64,000 bases of DNA from Methanomassiliicoccales archaeon (GCA_038740345.1 JAVYMA010000003.1:1470-65469); one strand, 5' to 3'; numbered from the stretch's first letter, positions 9,064-18,858 are shown. The notes: generated by a model not told the origin, from the letters alone. Numbers and translations are program-made.

Positions 9064-9189
9064 GGAGAGAAGTTGCTAACAAAGAGAATTTTCATAATCC
9101 TTCAGAACCGATTGCCCGATAATGCAATCGTATATAGCCAGTAACACCGATGCTACCCTCTCGAAACGAGCTGCAAGGAGAATCATAGC

Positions 9190-10308
9190 GTGGTTAGAGT
9201 AGCAGGAATATGCAGGGATTTGAACTGGCCAGATGGTGTGAAAGGCGAGGTCATTGAGGCTATCGAATACGAGCAACGAATTTTAGAAAGAGTCAATCGC
9301 CACGGTCGTGGCCTTACCTTTGGCTATTTAATAGCCTTTTTCCTACTCATATTAGCTGCCGCTTTGATCCTAACCATACCAGGAGGTGTCCTGGCATGGT
9401 TCATAGCTGCCTTCATCTTGTATTCATTCAATTTCATAATACTTTTCCTTCCTACGACAAAGAAAGGGCCGCGCGACGAGTCATGCAGAAGGGTAATCGG
9501 CTGGGACTCGCTTCGTCCAGTGTTCTTCTTGCTACGCCACAGGCCACGTCTAGCCATTGAAGTGGGAATTACCATATTCCTTGGAGGAATGGTTCCCCTC
9601 GCTGTGAGCTTCTTTATACTCTTCGGCACCGGCGTTTTCATGGCACTATATTTTATTTTTTTCCAAGGCGCCATGGATACGAGTCTTGGCTGGATAGTCA
9701 TCTTTCAAGCTAGCATAATCGTACTGTTCTTCATGGTAGTGGTCCTAGCCGAGCCTCAATCACAGGGATTCACGCGGATTGCGCGCGCTTTTAAGGCCAG
9801 GTATGATATAGCCAGAGAAAGGGGGTTGATTTCCCAGTCGGCCATACTTGTAGCGGCAGGTCTAGTGGCAGTAGGCATAGGTCTCCTTTTCACGGGAGCG
9901 ATTCTTCTCACAGGCTCCGTGCTCGGTCGTGTGATCGCCGTTGGCTCCACTATGGGCCTCAATATTTCCTTCATAATCCTCATACTCGTCATCCAAGTGG
10001 TGATAATGAGGCATTTCCAAGTGGTATTCAGCCGGCGTATGGCCAAGGCTCTATTGGAGTTAAGGCTTGAAGTCCTGCGCAGCGAGGTCCTCGAACCACT
10101 CAATAAAATAGTGACACAGGCCAAATACACGGCTGAATCGGCTTTCGACAAGAGAGAGCTGGAGCGCATCAAGTCCCTTTTCTTTAATGTCGTCCTTTAT
10201 GAGGTCTTTGAGCTCAATTTCTTCGGATATTCACCAGTATTCGTAATCGGCCCTAATGTGAAATATATCATTGACGAGAGGGTATTACCCTATCTGGGCA
10301 AAAGTTGA
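9190..10308 (+). CDS. polytopic membrane protein, uncharacterised
   Basis: 372 aa with about 8 hydrophobic segments and a charged C-terminal helical region. No family recognised. GTG start is uncertain. Confidence 0.5.
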   Translation: MVRVAGICRDLNWPDGVKGEVIEAIEYEQRILERVNRHGRGLTFGYLIAFFLLILAAALILTIPGGVLAWFIAAFILYSFNFIILFLPTTKKGPRDESCRRVIGWDSLRPVFFLLRHRPRLAIEVGITIFLGGMVPLAVSFFILFGTGVFMALYFIFFQGAMDTSLGWIVIFQASIIVLFFMVVVLAEPQSQGFTRIARAFKARYDIARERGLISQSAILVAAGLVAVGIGLLFTGAILLTGSVLGRVIAVGSTMGLNISFIILILVIQVVIMRHFQVVFSRRMAKALLELRLEVLRSEVLEPLNKIVTQAKYTAESAFDKRELERIKSLFFNVVLYEVFELNFFGYSPVFVIGPNVKYIIDERVLPYLGKS

Positions 10309-10358
10309 TTCGAACGCTACGTAAGGTGATTTGAAAAGGATAATATGGGATTCATAAG

Positions 10359-10574
10359 ATGGAGAGAGGATTGCATATGGACCAAAAGATGCAGGCATCC
10401 TCGATTATAAAGATGATTGGAGGAGATGGAGAGCAGGCGGAGAAGATAGTGGAGGAATTGGATCGCTTCTTTGAGCGCTTGAATGCAGAAGTAGAGGATT
10501 GGAAGATATCAATGGAAGAGTTCAAAGATGGGACTCGGATTTATGCCAGAGTGCAGATTTTAATCAAGAAGTAG
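10359..10574 (+). CDS. small charged protein, Trp-centred family (paralog A)
   Basis: 71 aa. The C-terminal half, VEDWKISMEEFKDGTRIYARVQILIKK, is paralogous to the unlisted 57-aa gene at 12335-12508. An alternative start is ATG 10377, behind GAGAGGA. Confidence 0.55.
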   Translation: MERGLHMDQKMQASSIIKMIGGDGEQAEKIVEELDRFFERLNAEVEDWKISMEEFKDGTRIYARVQILIKK

Positions 10575-10581
10575 GTGAAAA

Positions 10582-11475
10582 ATGAAAGAAGACAAAAGAG
10601 CCAAAGAGAGGGATGATGTCTGCTCTCATCCCTTGCTATGTGCAGAAGATTGGAAGGACCCTCCTGGCGCCAAAGTATTGGGGGAATACCACAAAGACGG
10701 AGGTGATGTCGATGAGGCCCTCATCGAGGCAGACCTGGATGCGTTTGAGCGCTATTGGCACAGAAAACAGGGCATCAACTTCTCCAGTCAATATCATAAA
10801 GAAGGGGCTCCTTATCTAGAAGAGCCTTATGGATGGGAAGGGCATGGCCCCCGACCGAAGGCCTCAATTAAGGAAGCAAATGAGTCAAAGCCTGCAAAAA
10901 TCATGACCCATGAGGTCGGGGCGAATGAAAAAAGAAATTATGATATAGCCCGAGTTACGAACGCCCAGATAAATATAGCATCAGAGTCGAAAGCACATGA
11001 TGAAAAGAGTTTAAATGATAAGGGTCCAGTCCTTGAGCAAAAGAGCAAGGAGGAAAAAAGGAGCAAGAACATACCCCTCAAGGACGTTCTTGACTTGAAC
11101 ACTCTCGAGGTGCTTTCCTATTGGATGTTCCGATTGGCCTTTGGCAAGCATCTGCATATACCGATTAGAAAGGAGGGATTGGCCGACCTGGACATCCAAG
11201 TGAATAACAGAGATATTACTATTAACACCAACCAACTCTACTTCGCCTTCCCCGAACTCGTAGTCTGGCATATCACATACTCTCACAAGGGTCGTCCCAT
11301 AATCGAGTTGGGCAGAGGTGTGAAGAACGGCATCAAGGTGCATAGGCTGAACGCCCTGCGATTGGGGCTCGAGATTTGGCTCGGAGCACGTAAATCCAAT
11401 CTTGATAAAAGCGTGACCGACATCAAGACAAATAGGGATAGATTGGATTTGGAGGATAAGGGGGACATAACCTGA
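10582..11475 (+). CDS. hypothetical protein (297 aa)
   Basis: A long ORF in an operon-like arrangement, with an acidic/Lys-rich middle. No family recognised. Confidence 0.5.
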   Translation: MKEDKRAKERDDVCSHPLLCAEDWKDPPGAKVLGEYHKDGGDVDEALIEADLDAFERYWHRKQGINFSSQYHKEGAPYLEEPYGWEGHGPRPKASIKEANESKPAKIMTHEVGANEKRNYDIARVTNAQINIASESKAHDEKSLNDKGPVLEQKSKEEKRSKNIPLKDVLDLNTLEVLSYWMFRLAFGKHLHIPIRKEGLADLDIQVNNRDITINTNQLYFAFPELVVWHITYSHKGRPIIELGRGVKNGIKVHRLNALRLGLEIWLGARKSNLDKSVTDIKTNRDRLDLEDKGDIT

Positions 11476-11558
11476 CAAACAAGAATGATAGTGAGCAGGA
11501 ACATCTTCATGAGCACCGAGAATACTTCCGCGATGTCATAAGAACCCTGCACCGCATT

Positions 11559-12314
11559 ATGGCCAAAGAGTACGGCCTGAGCAAAGTTTCAGTGCGGCCT
11601 TTAGGAGTTGGTGGGTCTCGTCTTTCCATACCCGTGCGAATAACGGGATTTGATTCTAACGGCAACCTTCACAAATTGTTTGGCAAGATCCTTGGCGGCG
11701 CCGATATCCTTACGGCACGCACCATTCAAATCGCAAAGAACCTTTACCTGGAAGTCAACGCTCTAGATCCGCTCTTTGGCTTCCCTCTGGACGCAGCGAG
11801 CATGGCCAAGCATCAATTCCAGACCATGAAGGCCATCTATGAGCTAGGAATTCCTACGGCCAAGCCTTACGGCTATCATCAATTGAATGACGCCATGTAC
11901 GTTGTGATCTACGAATATCTTGATGCCAAACCGGTTACCGAAGTCGGTGCCATGAGCCTGGAACAGATGGATATGGTGTTCGGATACCTAAGAAAGATGC
12001 ACGATAATGACTTATTTCATGGTGATATAAAACCGGATAATGTAATGGTAAATGATCATCTCTACATCCTCGATGTAGGGCATTATCTAGAAGAGGCCCC
12101 TTCCTCCCTGAAGAGATCTTACGATCTCGCATGCCAAATAGCTTCATTCCTACAATTCCAGGAGGCGAGGGATATAGTGAAGGTGGCGAGGAAGCATTAC
12201 TCCGCGGAAGATCTCAGATTGGCTTCTGAATATCTTGAACTGATACAGAAGAGACCTGATATTAATTTGAGTGAGGATAAGAAAAGGGAATTGCTGCGAC
12301 TCATGAGCGATTAG
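11559..12314 (+). CDS. protein-kinase-like fold protein (ePK/Kdo-like)
   Basis: Gly-rich loop LGVGGS, Lys in LFGKI, catalytic loop HGDIKPDNVMV and a DVG (DFG-like) motif. The frame is open for 99 nt upstream of the ATG (see findings). Confidence 0.65.
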   Translation: MAKEYGLSKVSVRPLGVGGSRLSIPVRITGFDSNGNLHKLFGKILGGADILTARTIQIAKNLYLEVNALDPLFGFPLDAASMAKHQFQTMKAIYELGIPTAKPYGYHQLNDAMYVVIYEYLDAKPVTEVGAMSLEQMDMVFGYLRKMHDNDLFHGDIKPDNVMVNDHLYILDVGHYLEEAPSSLKRSYDLACQIASFLQFQEARDIVKVARKHYSAEDLRLASEYLELIQKRPDINLSEDKKRELLRLMSD

Positions 12315-12334
12315 GCTTGCCGCAGCCAACGAAA

Positions 12335-12508
12335 TCATTTGCTTTTGCTTTTAATAAGCGCTACAGCATGTATTTCCACCCTAAGGCCTTCTTTGGATTC
12401 CTCCACTGAAAATTTCCAGGTCTCCAAATTAGCCTTCAAGTCCTTCAGCATCTCCTTAAATTCCTTACTCTTCTCGCTGATCTCGGCTGCAATATCCTCA
12501 TTCGCCAT
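12335..12508 (-). CDS. small charged protein, Trp-centred family (paralog B), not in ORF track (57 aa)
   Basis: My translation: MANEDIAAEISEKSKEFKEMLKDLKANLETWKFSVEESKEGLRVEIHAVALIKSKSK. ATG at 12508-12506 is preceded by GGTGGTTGATGG. 10 of the 23 residues after the Trp are identical to paralog A. Confidence 0.6.
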   Translation of the reverse strand: MANEDIAAEISEKSKEFKEMLKDLKANLETWKFSVEESKEGLRVEIHAVALIKSKSK

Positions 12509-12679
12509 CCATCAACCACCTTTTTTTAGGATTCCATGACCTCTCCTTCTTAAAAACCCTTGCCAATCATCCTGCGCTCGAGACGAAGGCTTGACCTGCA
12601 TTCTTATGGTTCTTTCTTTCTGTGAAATGGTAAGTTTGATGAGTTAAGCGCGTCAATCTTTCATCGAGGGGGGGTATGA

Positions 12680-13009
12680 ATGAAGCATAAGCTCTCAGTG
12701 GGCAAGATTGATAGCATAAGAGAAGGAGATATGAGAATGATTCGAGCAGGAGGGAAGGAAATCCTGGTGGTCAAGGTCGATGGGAAATTTTTCGCCATAG
12801 ACGGTTGGTGCTCACATATGCGCGCGCCTTTGGACAGAGGACAATTAGTGGATCATGCCATTAGATGCAGAGTTCATGGAGCGGTTTTCGACCTGCAGAC
12901 GGGAAAGGTTCTCATGAATGCGCAAGCGAAGGATCTGCGCACCTATCCAATATTGCTTGAAAACGGAGATGCTTTCGTAATCTATGAGGAAAATGAATCA
13001 ACTCTTTGA
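12680..13009 (+). CDS. Rieske [2Fe-2S] ferredoxin-like protein
   Basis: CSHMRAPL ... CRVHGAVF (CxH...CxxH Rieske ligands) in a 109-aa protein. Confidence 0.75.
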   Translation: MKHKLSVGKIDSIREGDMRMIRAGGKEILVVKVDGKFFAIDGWCSHMRAPLDRGQLVDHAIRCRVHGAVFDLQTGKVLMNAQAKDLRTYPILLENGDAFVIYEENESTL

Positions 13010-13054
13010 TGGGCAAGATTTTTTGACCCCGTCTAGAAATGAGAGGTTGATTGC

Positions 13055-13240
13055 ATGGAGATATTAGGCCCCTGCATGATATGTAGTGCGCCTGCGAGGT
13101 TCACCTGCACCATATGCGGAAGATTGGTCTGCGCGGACCATTACTATCCCAAAGCAGGGATGTGCTCGCACTGCATTCCTATAGAAGATAGGAAAAATAG
13201 GCATAGGAATGAGCAGGATGGACTATGGCCAAGAAGATGA
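13055..13240 (+). CDS. small zinc-ribbon protein
   Basis: CMIC...CTIC...C..H...CSHC Cys pairs in 61 aa. Confidence 0.4.
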   Translation: MEILGPCMICSAPARFTCTICGRLVCADHYYPKAGMCSHCIPIEDRKNRHRNEQDGLWPRR

Positions 13241-13246
13241 GAGCAA

Positions 13247-13783
13247 TTAGAGCAATTTTTTTGCCCTCTCTTCATCAAGGCCTATGGATTTCAATGCATA
13301 TCTCAGGGCTTTTTTGGCGATCATTCCGCGAGTATTGTCATCAAGATATTGCTCCATGACGATAGGCGCCTTGCGACTGTACTCCACCGCGAACTCTGAA
13401 TAATAATATGGAGCGTTCTCGGCATCGAGTTCAGCCGCTTTGTTATATGCCGCTTCTGCTTCATTCAAGCGCCCGACATCCACGCAAAAGGCACCCATGG
13501 ACGAATAATAGAAAGGGTTCTTAGGATCGAGCTCGATGGCTTTGTTATATAACGCCAGGATTTCTTCTACACTAACCTTAGGAACCACTACAGCCGCTTC
13601 AGCCTTGAGATAATAGGCTTCGGCATTCTTGGGATCGGCTTTGATCGCTTTATCGAATTTCTGAAGCGCCTGCTGGTATTCACCCTGGCTCATGAGTTGC
13701 TGTCCCTGCTGAATCAACTTCTCAGCATCGTCCATCATCGCACCGCCCCAATGTAAGTGGGAGCGCCTCATAAACATTTTCAT
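13247..13783 (-). CDS. TPR-repeat protein
   Basis: Repeated A-x-x-Y-x-x-A/KAIELDPKN 34-residue repeats. The start is probably at an internal Met (MMDDAEK). Confidence 0.65.
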   Translation of the reverse strand: MKMFMRRSHLHWGGAMMDDAEKLIQQGQQLMSQGEYQQALQKFDKAIKADPKNAEAYYLKAEAAVVVPKVSVEEILALYNKAIELDPKNPFYYSSMGAFCVDVGRLNEAEAAYNKAAELDAENAPYYYSEFAVEYSRKAPIVMEQYLDDNTRGMIAKKALRYALKSIGLDEERAKKLL

Positions 13784-14066
13784 CCAAATCTTATGATGTG
13801 AATTTGGGGAAAAGCTGGTAGAACTGTCTGATTCTCAGTTTGAAATCTTAATTTGTCATTGAGGGGGGAGCCATTGTTTTTCCATTCTTATTTCACTGGC
13901 AATAATAGATTCTTTTTAAATTCTCGTTGCCCGTTCTTTCCTTTCAGACTCATTCCTTCCCGCATCAGTTGTTGGTTTTTACTCTAACCCCCTCAAATCA
14001 CCAATTGTTTTATACCCAGTTTTCACAATCATCCATCGCTCCATTTCTGATGAAGGACGTGATCGC

Positions 14067-14339
14067 TTGGAAATCGAGACGGTGCGCAGGGTTGCCAAGA
14101 TTGCAAGGCTCCATCTTTCTTCGTCTGAAGAAGAGGCTTTGGCCCAAGAGCTGGAAGAAGTTCTAGCCTACCTATCCTTATTAGACGAAGCACCCCCCAT
14201 GGAGACACATGAATTCAATCCTGTGAGAATAGCTAACATTATGCGAGAAGATGAACCAATACAGAATCCACGTGCTCTAGAGATTCGTGACTCCATGGAC
14301 ACTTACGAGGATTTAGTAAGGGGGCCGAGGTTGTCATGA
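14067..14339 (+). CDS. gatC: Asp-tRNA(Asn)/Glu-tRNA(Gln) amidotransferase subunit C
   Basis: 90 aa with VAKIARLHLSSSEEEALAQELEEVLAYLSLLDE, typical of GatC. Immediately upstream of gatA with a 4-nt overlap. TTG start. Confidence 0.8.
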   Translation: MEIETVRRVAKIARLHLSSSEEEALAQELEEVLAYLSLLDEAPPMETHEFNPVRIANIMREDEPIQNPRALEIRDSMDTYEDLVRGPRLS

Positions 14340-15673
14340 GCCATTCAATGAGCCTTAGCGAGCTCCAAGCCTTAAATCAGAGATATCAGGCATTCACTGA
14401 GCTCTCGAATGATTTTACATGTCTGCAGGATCTATCAAATAGGACACATTTCTCCGCCAAGGACAACCTATGCGCTCTAGGCTTTCAGGCCCGAGCCGGC
14501 TCAAAGATATTAGAAGGATATAGACCGCCTTTCGACGCCACCGCTGTACGTCGGATGAAAGAAGAAGGGGCGATTCTAATCGGCAAGACCAACATGGACG
14601 AGTTCGGTTTTGGAACCTTTTCTACCAATTCTGCCTATGGAATACCTCGTAACCCTTTCGATGAAAGTAGATCCTGTGGTGGAAGCAGCGGTGGAGCAGC
14701 GGCAGCCGCTTGCTTATTACCTGGACACGTTTCTTTGGGGGTATCAACAGGAGGTTCGATATCATGTCCCGCATGCTTCTGTGGGGTTATTGGTCTCACC
14801 CCAACGTATGGTAGAGTGTCAAGGTATGGCCTTATCGATTACGCCAACTCCCTAGATAAGATAGGGCTTTTAGTGCGCGAAGCGGCGTCTTTGCAAAGAT
14901 GGCTCCCAGTGATATCTGGCCGCGATTCCAATGATCCTACTTCTTGCGCACAGCCACCATTGACCCTATCAGGTCGTGGCATCGAAAGTGTTGCCATTCC
15001 TCGAGAGGCTCTTAACCATCTTGATCCAGATGTGCATAGAACGTTCAATAAGGCACTGGCCTCATTGATAGGAGAGCATGGAATCAGGATAGAGGAGGTA
15101 TCCATGCCCTCTCTTAGATACGCCCTCTCTGCTTATTATGTGCTGGCTACTTCTGAGGCTTCCACCAATCTCGCGCGTTACTGCGGCATGCGATTTGGTG
15201 TGAGGAATCCGGATATCACAAAGCATTTCAACGAATTCTTCGCAGAGACGCGCAGCGCATACTTCGGCACCGAAGCCAAGAGAAGGATACTTCTAGGCAC
15301 TTATGCCCGTATGGTCGGTTTCCGAGAGAGATATTACATGAAAGCTTTGGCCGTCCGCCAATTAATAATATCAGAATATCAAAGAATCTTTCATGATTTC
15401 GATGCTGTCCTTACCCCGACCATGCCGTTTTTGGCACCAAAATTAGATGATGTTAAAAAGATGCGTCCGCTAGAGGTATACCAAGCTGATTTCCTTACAG
15501 TACCTCCCAATCTAGCTGGATTGCCCCATATCTCCCTACCATGTGGTTATATTCAAAGTCTTCCTGTGGGCATGCAACTGGTGGCTCCCCATTGGGAAGA
15601 GAGGGTGTTGCTCGATGCGGCAAGAAAATGGACTTCCACCTTCACTTTAAAATTCCCGGAGGTGAGCTTTTGA
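14336..15673 (+). CDS. gatA: amidotransferase subunit A (amidase family)
   Basis: Amidase signature GGSSGGAAAA with KDN..., GKTNMDEFG. Confidence 0.9.
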   Translation: MSHSMSLSELQALNQRYQAFTELSNDFTCLQDLSNRTHFSAKDNLCALGFQARAGSKILEGYRPPFDATAVRRMKEEGAILIGKTNMDEFGFGTFSTNSAYGIPRNPFDESRSCGGSSGGAAAAACLLPGHVSLGVSTGGSISCPACFCGVIGLTPTYGRVSRYGLIDYANSLDKIGLLVREAASLQRWLPVISGRDSNDPTSCAQPPLTLSGRGIESVAIPREALNHLDPDVHRTFNKALASLIGEHGIRIEEVSMPSLRYALSAYYVLATSEASTNLARYCGMRFGVRNPDITKHFNEFFAETRSAYFGTEAKRRILLGTYARMVGFRERYYMKALAVRQLIISEYQRIFHDFDAVLTPTMPFLAPKLDDVKKMRPLEVYQADFLTVPPNLAGLPHISLPCGYIQSLPVGMQLVAPHWEERVLLDAARKWTSTFTLKFPEVSF

Positions 15674-17025
15674 GGATTGGGCTTGAGGTACATGTTCAAT
15701 TGCCCACACGCTCCAAGCTATTCTGTCCTTGCCCTACGAACGCATTAGAGCCGAATTCCTCCATCTGCCCTACCTGCCTTGGATTCCCAGGATCAAGACC
15801 AGTCCTAAATCGCAAAGCTTTGGAGATGGCGGTAAGCATTGCTCGCTTTTTACAATGCAGAATCTCACCTCAAGTTTGGTTCTCCAGAAAGACCTATTTC
15901 TATCCTGATCTCCCAAAGCATTTCCAAATAACTCAATATGACTCTCCCATCGGGACGGATGGCCTATTCCCCGTGGAAGGTAAAAATATAGGTATATGGC
16001 GCGTTCATTTGGAGGAGGATCCAGGAAGAATCAAACGTGTAGGTAAAGCGGGGGAGGAGGTGTCCCTAATTGATTACAACAGATCTGGGATACCTTTGGT
16101 GGAAATAGTCACTGCTCCAGATCTATCATCTCCGGACGAGGCTCGGAGGTTTTTGGCCGAATTGATGGTAGAGCTGAAGCACATGATTGGAACAAGTGGT
16201 GATGATGAGCAGAGCATTCGCGCTGATGCTAATATCTCTGTAGGCGAAGAAAGGGTGGAAATAAAAAATATACAAGGATTGAGGAACCTAGAGAGGGCTC
16301 TTAGATTCGAAGCTGGCCGACAGCAGAAGTTGCTTGAGGCGGGAATGAAGGTGATGCGCGAAACCAGGCGTTACGATGAGGAAAGGAAGGTCACCGTTTC
16401 TGCCAGAGAGAAAGAGTTCGAGGAAGATTATGGCTATATCGGAGAACCAGACCTTGGGGTATATGATTTGACTTCTCTCTTAAACGCACTTCCTGAGGTG
16501 GAGACACCTTTGCGTAGGGCTCAGCGTATTTCCACTGTTTACATGGTCGATTATGATAAGGCGAGGCAAATGGTATTGACTTCCATGGCCTTGGCTGACC
16601 TCTTTGAGGAGATGGCGAAAAGGGTACATCCTGAGATGGCAATGAATTGGACATTGGGACCGATCTCGAATTCCTGGCCGCAGATTCTGCCTCGCATCAA
16701 TGAGCAGGTAACGAGGGATATAATGGAAACCGTTAAGTTGGTCGCGGATAGGAGCATCACCGATTCTGAGGGCAGAAGGAGAATCGCGGCCATTGCTGCT
16801 GGCGAGTGCCCTGAAGATATCTCCTGTGCAATACAGGATGAGGTCCTAGAATCCTTTATATCAGATTATTTAGATAAACACCCGCAGATAATAAAAGACT
16901 ATTCCTCGAATCCAAAGGCAGCAAACGCCGTCATAGGTCATGTGATGAAGCTGGCTAAAGGAAAATACAGCTCCCAAGAAATCGTCGATGCCGTGGTGAA
17001 GGAAATAAACAAAAGGAAGGGATGA
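15670..17025 (+). CDS. gatB: amidotransferase subunit B
   Basis: IGLEVHVQL...SKLFC...CPTC motifs. I place the start at TTG 15670, which lies 4 nt after a perfect GGAGGTGA and overlaps the gatA stop (TTGA). The ORF-track start at 15541 lies inside gatA. Confidence 0.88.
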   Translation: MRIGLEVHVQLPTRSKLFCPCPTNALEPNSSICPTCLGFPGSRPVLNRKALEMAVSIARFLQCRISPQVWFSRKTYFYPDLPKHFQITQYDSPIGTDGLFPVEGKNIGIWRVHLEEDPGRIKRVGKAGEEVSLIDYNRSGIPLVEIVTAPDLSSPDEARRFLAELMVELKHMIGTSGDDEQSIRADANISVGEERVEIKNIQGLRNLERALRFEAGRQQKLLEAGMKVMRETRRYDEERKVTVSAREKEFEEDYGYIGEPDLGVYDLTSLLNALPEVETPLRRAQRISTVYMVDYDKARQMVLTSMALADLFEEMAKRVHPEMAMNWTLGPISNSWPQILPRINEQVTRDIMETVKLVADRSITDSEGRRRIAAIAAGECPEDISCAIQDEVLESFISDYLDKHPQIIKDYSSNPKAANAVIGHVMKLAKGKYSSQEIVDAVVKEINKRKG

Positions 17026-18858
17026 TCACTTCTCCTCCTTGCTTTCCTCCGCGATGCTGATAAGCATCAGCTCTTGAAGCTTGGCCGGATCAACCCTGGT
17101 GGGAGAGCCGTCCACTAGGGACACGAACTTTTTGTTCTTGGGAAATGCTATAACTTCCCTGATGCTCTCACAGCCTAACAATATTGATACCAATCTGTCC
17201 ATACCAAGCGCGATGCCTCCGTGAGGAGGGGCACCGAATTCTAAAGCCTCGAGGAAGAATCCGAACTCCTTTTCTATGGTCTCATCGCTCATGCCTAACT
17301 TCCTGAATATCTTCCTTTGGACCTTAGCATCATGAATCCGTATGCTTCCTGAGCCAATTTCATTTCCATCCAAGACCAGATCATATGACAACCCTTTGAT
17401 CTGAGTTGCGTCCTCTGAGTCCAGGATATCGCCTAGCGAGGGCCTCACAAAGGGATGGTGAAAGGCTGAGAGCTTGCCCGTAACAGGATCAGCTTGGAAC
17501 AAAGGACAGTCCACGATCCATACGAATTGGTGCCCCTTACCCTCTAAAAGACCCTGATCCTTGGCGAGCTTCATCCTCAAGGCTCCTCCCGCTTTGAGTG
17601 TCTGCAATCGAGGACCAGCGAGGAAAAGCAGCAGGTCGCCTATTTCCGCTCCCATCCTTTCCTGGAGTTTTTCCTTCACACCTTCAGGGAAGTATTTAAC
17701 GATGTTCGATTCCAGGCCATTTTGTGTACAGCGCATCCAGGTAAGTCCACCCATTCCCTGTGACTTGGCCCATTCGATGAGACGATCCACTTCTTTCCTG
17801 CCTAGATTTTGCAACTCTACGTCCTTCTCGCGTATGCAAGAGGATTTTAGATTTAGGCAAATCACTGTTGTCCCTTTCTTAGACAAGACCTTCTTGAAGA
17901 TGTCATAATCGGAATCACGGACTATGTCCGTGACCTCCACTAGCTCAAGACCGAATCTGATGTCAGGAGCGTCCGTCCCGAATCGGGCCATTGCTTCCTT
18001 GTAAGGTAGGCGAGGGAAAGGCGTGGCAAGCTCCTCGTCATAAATCGTCTTCCAAACACTCTTGAGTACTGCTTCCACCACCTGAAAAACATCCTCCTGC
18101 TCGATGAACGACATCTCGATGTCCATCTGTGTAAATTCCGGTTGGCGGTCAGCCCTCGAGTCTTCATCACGGAAGCAGCGCGCAAATTGGAAGTAGCGCT
18201 CTACACCCCCTACCATTAACATCTGCTTGAACAATTGCGGGCTCTGTGGCAGTGCATAGAAATGTCCAGGCTTGATTCTTGAGGGTACGAGAAAGTCTCT
18301 AGCTCCTTCAGCTGTTGACCGCGTGAGCATAGGCGTTTCGACTTCCATGAAGCCAAGTGAAACGAGAGCTGCTCTTGCAGCAGCGAAAAGTTGGGCCCGG
18401 AATTTCAGATTCGAGATCATTTGCGGTCTTCTCAGGTCAAGATAGCGGTATCGTATACGCAGATCTTCATTGGGAAGGAGTGAATTCTTCTGCTCTGCCA
18501 CCTCGAACGGTAAAGGTTTGGAGGTGTTCAAGATCTCAGCATCCTCTATGAGCACTTCCACAGTACCAGTGGGATTTCGCGGATCCTCTGTCCCCGGAAC
18601 CCTCTCTCTAATAAGGCCAGTTACTTTCAGCACATATTCTCGACCCACGTCCCTAAGCAACTCCGAAAGGCGCTGCTTATCCACTTGTGGTCCTAGAGCC
18701 TCAGGATCCATAACCAGCTGGCTTATGCCATGGCAATCCGCCAGGTCGAAGAACATAACGCCTCCGTGATCGCGACGGAATCTTACCCAACCTGCTAATG
18801 TGACCCTCTTTCCGAGGTCCTCTAGTCTAATCTCACCACAATGATGCGTACGCAACAT
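17026..18858 (-). CDS. aspS: aspartyl-tRNA synthetase, long bacterial type
   Basis: 610 aa, collinear by eye with E. coli AspRS: MLRTHHCGEIR, QSPQLFKQ, FRDEDSRADRQPEFTQ, GGIALGMDR, plus the inserted GAD-like region. Its stop abuts the gatB stop with no spacer. Confidence 0.9.
   Translation of the reverse strand: MLRTHHCGEIRLEDLGKRVTLAGWVRFRRDHGGVMFFDLADCHGISQLVMDPEALGPQVDKQRLSELLRDVGREYVLKVTGLIRERVPGTEDPRNPTGTVEVLIEDAEILNTSKPLPFEVAEQKNSLLPNEDLRIRYRYLDLRRPQMISNLKFRAQLFAAARAALVSLGFMEVETPMLTRSTAEGARDFLVPSRIKPGHFYALPQSPQLFKQMLMVGGVERYFQFARCFRDEDSRADRQPEFTQMDIEMSFIEQEDVFQVVEAVLKSVWKTIYDEELATPFPRLPYKEAMARFGTDAPDIRFGLELVEVTDIVRDSDYDIFKKVLSKKGTTVICLNLKSSCIREKDVELQNLGRKEVDRLIEWAKSQGMGGLTWMRCTQNGLESNIVKYFPEGVKEKLQERMGAEIGDLLLFLAGPRLQTLKAGGALRMKLAKDQGLLEGKGHQFVWIVDCPLFQADPVTGKLSAFHHPFVRPSLGDILDSEDATQIKGLSYDLVLDGNEIGSGSIRIHDAKVQRKIFRKLGMSDETIEKEFGFFLEALEFGAPPHGGIALGMDRLVSILLGCESIREVIAFPKNKKFVSLVDGSPTRVDPAKLQELMLISIAEESKEEK

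Noticed and set aside
12339-12539. A 66-aa plus-strand ORF.
   Set aside because: It is Ser/Leu-rich with no SD, and it lies antisense to the better-supported 57-aa minus-strand gene that has a paralog at 10359-10574.
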